NCBI GenBank assembly: GCA_050952625.1
Contig: JBMNLH010000004.1
Span: 288,001 to 352,000 of the forward strand
From: Bacillota bacterium
GTDB lineage: Bacteria > Bacillota > Ch66 > Ch109
Direction: 5' to 3'
Length of the DNA stretch: 64,000 bases
In this document: positions 59,167 through 64,000 of the stretch, piece after piece
How positions within the stretch are numbered: position 1 is the stretch's first letter
Layout: each line of letters opens with the position of its first letter
Notes under the pieces: generated by a model
What the model was told of the DNA's origin: nothing
Database searches by the model: none
Seen by the model: the letters and a program-made list of their open reading frames with translations, nothing else
Program-made: the position numbers and the translations under genes

Positions 59167-59428
59167 TGAGATCATCCATTAAGTCTTTAACGCTGTCAAA
59201 GGTTTTGCTCATGTTGCGGTTGTTATTAACATCATCGATTGCGGCCCGTGTTTCCTCATTGGGTGTGTCAAGGCGAAGGTCAAAAGGAATGCCGCCGTAA
59301 CGAACGGAGTAACGTAAAAACATATTCATAGCAGTGGACATGTTGAGGCCAAGCTCGCTAAAGATAGCTTCGGCTTTACGCTTTAATTCCTTATCGACAC
59401 GAACATTTATATTGGTTGTACCAGCCAT
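59159..59428 (-). CDS. dinJ: RelB/DinJ-family antitoxin
   Basis: INVRVDKELKRKAEAIFSELGLNMSTAMNMFL...GIPF...PNEET. Confidence 0.92.
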   Translation of the reverse strand: MAGTTNINVRVDKELKRKAEAIFSELGLNMSTAMNMFLRYSVRYGGIPFDLRLDTPNEETRAAIDDVNNNRNMSKTFDSVKDLMDDLNA

Positions 59429-59537
59429 AATTTCAGCTCCTTTCTATACTTATATTGTAAAACATTGTATGCAATTTATCAATAAACTGCACTAATATGT
59501 TTTACTTTGTGTTGAACAAGCATCCAGCCATAGGGGG

Positions 59538-59792
59538 GTGAAAATCGCTGGAAACGGAAGCAAAACGGAGCGGGCAATGGCAACTTCATCATTTGATAAA
59601 GATTTTACTTTGAACGGCAAAAAAGCTGTAAGGTCGTTTGAAAGAATTGCCTCTACTCCCGCTCAGAGCGTTATAATAGATAGAAGTCTGACTTCACCTG
59701 CCAGAGTTGTACAAGGTGAGAAAAGATTAAAACAAATAATTACCCTGTTAAAGAAGCTGCGATACCAGGTTATATTAAAGCCCATAACCTGA
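59538..59792 (+). CDS. Small hypothetical protein (MATSSFDK...; possible orphan antitoxin, start probably 59577)
   Basis: ORF track, TA-rich context. Confidence 0.4.
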   Translation: MKIAGNGSKTERAMATSSFDKDFTLNGKKAVRSFERIASTPAQSVIIDRSLTSPARVVQGEKRLKQIITLLKKLRYQVILKPIT

Positions 59793-59840
59793 AATAAGGC
59801 GAGAGAAAAAAGTATATTATTATTATTAAAATATGGTTGA

Positions 59841-60068
59841 ATGTTTTGCGCTCCTGATGAGCATAACCCGCCGCACTTTCATGCGTATTATGGAAAGTAT
59901 AAAGCTATAATCGATATAAACACTTGTGAACTAATTAAGGGGAACCTGTCTAGAAAACAGCTTAAGTTAGTTCTAGCTTGGGCAGAATTAAGGCAGGATG
60001 AATTATTGGCGAACTGGACATTGGCAATGAATAGTGAATTGCCGTTTAAAATTGAGCCATTGAGATAG
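59841..60068 (+). CDS. DUF4160-family protein (possibly 5'-truncated)
   Basis: EHNPPHFHAYY...VLAWAELRQDELLANW...KIEPL. Confidence 0.85.
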   Translation: MFCAPDEHNPPHFHAYYGKYKAIIDINTCELIKGNLSRKQLKLVLAWAELRQDELLANWTLAMNSELPFKIEPLR

Positions 60069-60588
60069 GGGTGACGAATCATGTATTTATCGGTAGTGGG
60101 CGTTAAACCCTTGGAGAACTATGGACTTCTGTTAACTTTTGAAAACAGAGAGAAAAGACTATTCGATATGACGTCCTACCTGGACAAAGGAATTTTTAAA
60201 GAACTGAAAGATGAGAAGTTATTTAGGTCGGTGCGAGTAAGTTTTGATAGCGTAGAGTGGTGCAATCAAGCGGATATTGATCCGGAGGTTCTTTACGAAG
60301 AAAGTGTGGCTTATCAATAACTTTAAGAAAACCTTTATGAATAATAAGCTTATATTTCCTAAACATATGGGTAATGTTACTAATCATATTTACTAGAACT
60401 ACAATGAAAAGTTAAGAAGCCCCCAAGCCTTTGTCCCATGCGGGTTTGCGGGGTTTTTAATATACAGGAAACCAGGGGCTTTAGTGCTATTAACCTTTGA
60501 GATGTTGAAGTAACATTTAGTCAGACCTTAACCGCTACTCAGGCAGTAGAAACGGCAATGAATGGTAGCTATGAAGTGTATGCCGAAG
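60050..60588 (+). repeat. ~540-bp direct duplication (copy 1)
   Basis: Near-identical to 62937-63476. Confidence 0.92.
60081..60320 (+). CDS. DUF2442-family protein (copy 1)
   Basis: VKPLENYGLLLTFEN...FKELKD...VEWCNQADIDPEVLY. Confidence 0.88.
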   Translation: MYLSVVGVKPLENYGLLLTFENREKRLFDMTSYLDKGIFKELKDEKLFRSVRVSFDSVEWCNQADIDPEVLYEESVAYQ

Positions 60589-60665
60589 GGACAAATAAAG
60601 AAAAACGTATCAGTAACTGATAAAATCCTATTCTTCCGTTCCGAAAATTTAGGGGAGAGTGTCAA

Positions 60666-61166
60666 ATGTCAGGTGAACCAATTATATATTTGGAGGATAT
60701 TGCCGATAAAATGGAAGAAGCCAGTGATGAGTGGCGACACTTTCTGAACATTAAAACGAGTGAGTTTCTTTCATTTCAGTCCGCACATCTGAGGATCGCC
60801 GAGGATTTGGAATCGGTTGATGAACTTGCAGAATACAGAGACTGGGAACGCGATATGATCCGGGAAGCCATTGATATGCTCTCCAATTGGGATGACTATG
60901 TGGAGCTTCCATCGCAGTATGATATCCACGAATACCACCTCATGGAAGACTTTACCAAAGCAACGTCTGACCGGCGTAAGCAGGAACTGTTGCTTGCTGC
61001 GCTAAAGGGCAATAGGGCTTTTCGGCGGTTCAAAGACACACTGATTCGCGTCGGTCTTGAAAATGAATGGTATGAGTACCGTTATTTAGCGTTTATAGAA
61101 ATCGCTAAAGAGTGGTGCAAAGACAATAAAATAGTATACAAAACGAAGAGCCTTGGGCCGAAATAA
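60666..61166 (+). CDS. UPF0158-family protein
   Basis: LPSQYDIHEYHLMEDF, LKGNRAFRRFKD, WYEYR, EWC. Confidence 0.8.
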   Translation: MSGEPIIYLEDIADKMEEASDEWRHFLNIKTSEFLSFQSAHLRIAEDLESVDELAEYRDWERDMIREAIDMLSNWDDYVELPSQYDIHEYHLMEDFTKATSDRRKQELLLAALKGNRAFRRFKDTLIRVGLENEWYEYRYLAFIEIAKEWCKDNKIVYKTKSLGPK

Positions 61167-61303
61167 TGCATTAGTTAGTCAATAGTTAGAGAGATTATGA
61201 AGATATACAGAACCTGCCTAAACTTCTGGCTTCAGGCTACTCGGTAAGTTCTGCCCAAGGAAACATCGAAAAGAGTCTTAAATCATAAGCCCCATTTTGA
61301 GAG

Positions 61304-61594
61304 CTATTTAATGTAACGCTTTAGCTGTTCGTAAAAGTTTTCTCGGGTCCCGGCAAGAAGAACTATAATCTTTTTTCCATTAACTTCACTAATGGTATAA
61401 GCAATTTCATAATTAACACCTTTGTATTTTACATCAAAACCATAGATGCCAGCTAAGTCCCCACGTTTTGGCTGACCAATATAAGGATTTTTCTTTAATT
61501 TAAGAAGGGCTGTTTTATAAGCTTCTTTTAAAGGCTTTTCTTTTATTTTTTTAAAGAAGCGTTCAGCCTGAGGACTGAATAATATTTCATACAT
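61304..61594 (-). CDS. RelE/ParE-family toxin
   Basis: PQAERFFKK, NPYIGQPKRGDLAG, GTRENFYEQLKRY. Confidence 0.88.
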   Translation of the reverse strand: MYEILFSPQAERFFKKIKEKPLKEAYKTALLKLKKNPYIGQPKRGDLAGIYGFDVKYKGVNYEIAYTISEVNGKKIIVLLAGTRENFYEQLKRYIK

Positions 61595-61596
61595 AA

Positions 61597-61967
61597 TCAG
61601 TCCTCCGAGCCAAAGATGTCATCGAAATTAGCTGCTTTCTTTTCGCCAGCTGCAATAGCATCTGCTTCTTCTAAGCATATTGGTAACAGCCTTTTTAATA
61701 TTTTTGCTTTGTATTTCAAATTGCTTTACCAATTCATCGCCGGAATACCCTTGGGAAACTAGATCTTTTAGAATCTCAACGGAAAATTCATTGAGGTTCC
61801 CTATGAAGAGGCTGAATAATAATTTTACCGTCTTCAAGTATGCATTCGACCTCGCTGCCAAGATTAAGGTGTTTATAGAATTGCAAGGGTATCGTAATTT
61901 GACGCTTCTTTGAAACGCTGATTATTTTACGATCCATAATATCACGCTCCACAGTATCTACAGACAT
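61597..61967 (-). pseudogene. AbrB-type antitoxin with two +1 frameshifts
   Basis: MSVDTVERDIMDRKIISVSKKRQITIP...; EFSVEILKDLVSQGYSGDEL; EEADAIAAGEKKAANFDDIFGSED* read in three successive frames. Confidence 0.75.
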
Positions 61968-62088
61968 AGTTCAAACCTCCTTTATAGTATATGCCAAAGC
62001 TATAAGTAAAATACAAATTTCTTTGCATCTTTATAAGTATTATAACAAGGAAACAAAGAAAACTCAATAAAATAAGGGATGATAAAAC

Positions 62089-62250
62089 ATGGACATTCAA
62101 AAAATACGCTGGCGAAATTAAACCCCGGCTTAATAACAACCCCAGGAAAGACCTCAAGCCCGGCGACCCGGAATACGAAAAACTGAAAAAATCCATGGAA
62201 ACCTTCGGTAATGTGGATCCAATTGTGTGGAATAGAAGAACCGGCATTCA
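62089..62250 (+). pseudogene. Degraded phage ParB-like N-terminal domain fragment
   Basis: MDIQKI... then NPRKDLKPGDPEYEKLKKSMETFGNVDPIVWNRRTG in a shifted frame. Confidence 0.65.
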
Positions 62251-62382
62251 TAATGGGTGATTATAATGACCCGTTGGGTATAGTGGAAGAAATTATAAAA
62301 ACAGGTATAGAGATCCCGTTAACCAAAGTTAGCTCATTCTAAAAAGATAGTAAGAGGTACCGGGAAAGCCGCCAAAACCATC

Positions 62383-62586
62383 ATGAAGGTGTTTAATTAC
62401 CTGGAGGGCAGCCCCGTCATCGATATCAAGAAAACCAGTCAGGAATTAGGGATATCTTTTAATGCGGCAGCCAATGCTGTTAATAAACTTGTTGAGCTGG
62501 GGATTTTAAAGCAGACAGAAAATGTTCAAAGAAACAGGGTGTTTGCCTACGATGAGTATTTAAACATTCTGCGTAAAGATACCTAG
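62383..62586 (+). pseudogene. C-terminal HTH fragment of a Fic-family protein
   Basis: PVIDIKKTSQELGISFNAA...LVELGIL...RNRVFAYDEYLNIL; no Fic catalytic domain. Confidence 0.6.
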
Positions 62587-62617
62587 CAAATGCACCTGAC
62601 AAAAGGGTGCTTTTTTC

Positions 62618-62950
62618 ATGCCCAATTTTAAGCAGGTGTGGTGGCTAAACAGGAAGGATTTGCTGACCACCGGGAAATGGCTGAAGTACATGAAAACCAA
62701 GGGCTACGAACGGAACGTCCATAAAAACAATTACGTCAAAGCGTTGGGTAGGATTGAGGATGGACAGGATATAGGGGCTCCACAACCAGAGCCAATTAAC
62801 CAATCAGCTAGCGGGGAAATACCAGGGGGGATAGGGGAATGCCTGCCCTTCATTCGTTTTCTGTATGAAAAAAGGGACGACCTGTACCAGCTTTTATTCG
62901 GCACCAGGGAAGACGGTAAAATACCAAGATACGCTGAATTGAGCCATTGA
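62618..62950 (+). CDS. Hypothetical protein fragment truncated by the duplication
   Basis: ORF runs into repeat copy 2 at 62937. Confidence 0.4.
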   Translation: MPNFKQVWWLNRKDLLTTGKWLKYMKTKGYERNVHKNNYVKALGRIEDGQDIGAPQPEPINQSASGEIPGGIGECLPFIRFLYEKRDDLYQLLFGTREDGKIPRYAELSH

Positions 62951-63476
62951 GATAGGGGTGACGAATCATGTATTTATCGGTAGTGGGCGTTAAACCCTTG
63001 GAGAACTATGGACTTCTGTTAACTTTTGAAAACAGAGAGAAAAGACTATTCGATATGACGTCCTACCTGGACAAAGGAATTTTTAAAGAACTGAAAGATG
63101 AGAAGTTATTTAGGTCGGTGCGAGTAAGTTTTGATAGCGTAGAGTGGTGCAATCAAGCGGATATTGATCCGGAGGTTCTTTACGAAGAAAGTGTGGCTTA
63201 TCAATAACTTTAAGAAAACCTTTATGAATAATAAGCTTATATTTCCTAAACATATGGGTAATGTTACTAATCATATTTACTAGAACTACAATGAAAAGTT
63301 AAGAAGCCCCCAAGCCTTTGTCAGCATGCGGTTTTGCGGGGTTTTTAATATACAGGAAACCAGGGGCTTTAGTGCTATTAACCTTTGAGATGTTGAAGTA
63401 ACATTTAGTCAGACCTTAACCGCTACTCAGGCAGTAGAAGCCGCAAAGAATGGTAGCTATGAAGTGTATGCCGAAG
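62937..63476 (+). repeat. ~540-bp direct duplication (copy 2)
   Basis: Near-identical to 60050-60588. Confidence 0.92.
62968..63207 (+). CDS. DUF2442-family protein (copy 2, orphan)
   Basis: Protein identical to 60081-60320; only the last ~15 bp of the DUF4160 gene precede it. Confidence 0.88.
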   Translation: MYLSVVGVKPLENYGLLLTFENREKRLFDMTSYLDKGIFKELKDEKLFRSVRVSFDSVEWCNQADIDPEVLYEESVAYQ

Positions 63477-63689
63477 ACGCGTTGGGGACAAACTTTCAGG
63501 CAATTCCATCAGCTTTTAGACATTTTAGCTGTTGAAATACTAACTGGTGATGCGGTTTAAAGGCGCGTTAACCGATAGGTCCAATTCCTACTCCCAGAAG
63601 GAGAAGGTATAAGCATGGTTCGCATTAGTAATTCTAATGGGGAATACGACAAATTTCGAGGAGGGACAGACCCTCTTCGGGAATAGTAA

Positions 63690-63971
63690 TTATCCTTCTT
63701 TCCTAATTGCCTCTACAACCCACATCCGGATCAACGTTTGATAGGGGATGCCTTTGCTTTGGGCAATCCGTTTTGCAGCTAAAATTTGGTCGTCGCTGAG
63801 GCGCAGGGTAACTCTTTTGAGGGTAGATCTCGCTTCGATAGATGCCCGTAACTCTTGTGACATTTCCAGGTCATCGGGTTCACTTTCTGCAAGATGATCT
63901 ACAAAGCTTTGTCTATCCCAATATTCCGCTTCTTCTTTTTCATTTTTAAAGGGAGGAATTTTTTTGGGCAT
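63690..63971 (-). CDS. CopG/BrnA-like antitoxin
   Basis: IPPFKNEKEEAEYWD...VTLRL...AKRIAQSKGIPYQTLIRMW; RBS GGAGG; partner toxin probably lies beyond the window. Confidence 0.85.
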   Translation of the reverse strand: MPKKIPPFKNEKEEAEYWDRQSFVDHLAESEPDDLEMSQELRASIEARSTLKRVTLRLSDDQILAAKRIAQSKGIPYQTLIRMWVVEAIRKEG

Positions 63972-64000
63972 AACTTAGTGCCTCCTTTCCCGACGGTAGT

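Noticed and set aside
1-64000. tRNA, rRNA, reverse transcriptase/retron or cas genes
   Set aside because: None recognised by eye on either strand; a tRNAscan/Infernal run would be needed to exclude small RNAs formally.

Overview
Chromosomal window from a spore-forming Clostridia-like (Peptococcaceae-type) Bacillota bacterium. The core backbone is rsmA(ksgA)-YkuK-like-veg-patatin-[small RHH gene]-spoIIR-ispE-GntR-NTP transferase-spoVG-glmU-prs-rplY-pth. The main finding is a ~20.1 kb integrative element (3080-23185) carrying a large serine recombinase. It sits inside an unannotated 53-codon ribbon-helix-helix gene just upstream of spoIIR. Both junctions share the core CTGACCA. Joining the element ends gives a serine-integrase-type attP inverted repeat around a central AC, and joining the host ends restores the ORF exactly, as in skin/SPbeta-type gene-interrupting elements. 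The integrase ORF itself crosses attL, so excision would add 58 aa to it. Cargo: an RloA/RloB (AbiL-like) pair, an iteron-containing Rep, HEPN-MNT, an oriT-like site with an RHH protein but no relaxase, two divergent HTH switches (one broken by IS1634), an IS4 element and secreted proteins. Between rplY and pth lies a 275-bp tandem array built from two diverged ~137-bp subunits with compensatory stems (candidate structured RNA array). From ~32.8 kb onward the window is accessory: transporters, ECF sigma/anti-sigma, a two-component system, an attenuator-preceded MFS, an Rpn-like gene with an internal RBS/start, at least six toxin-antitoxin loci, gene fragments, a ~540-bp duplication and several small intergenic repeat families. 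Product calls come from motif recognition by eye; no database searches were run.
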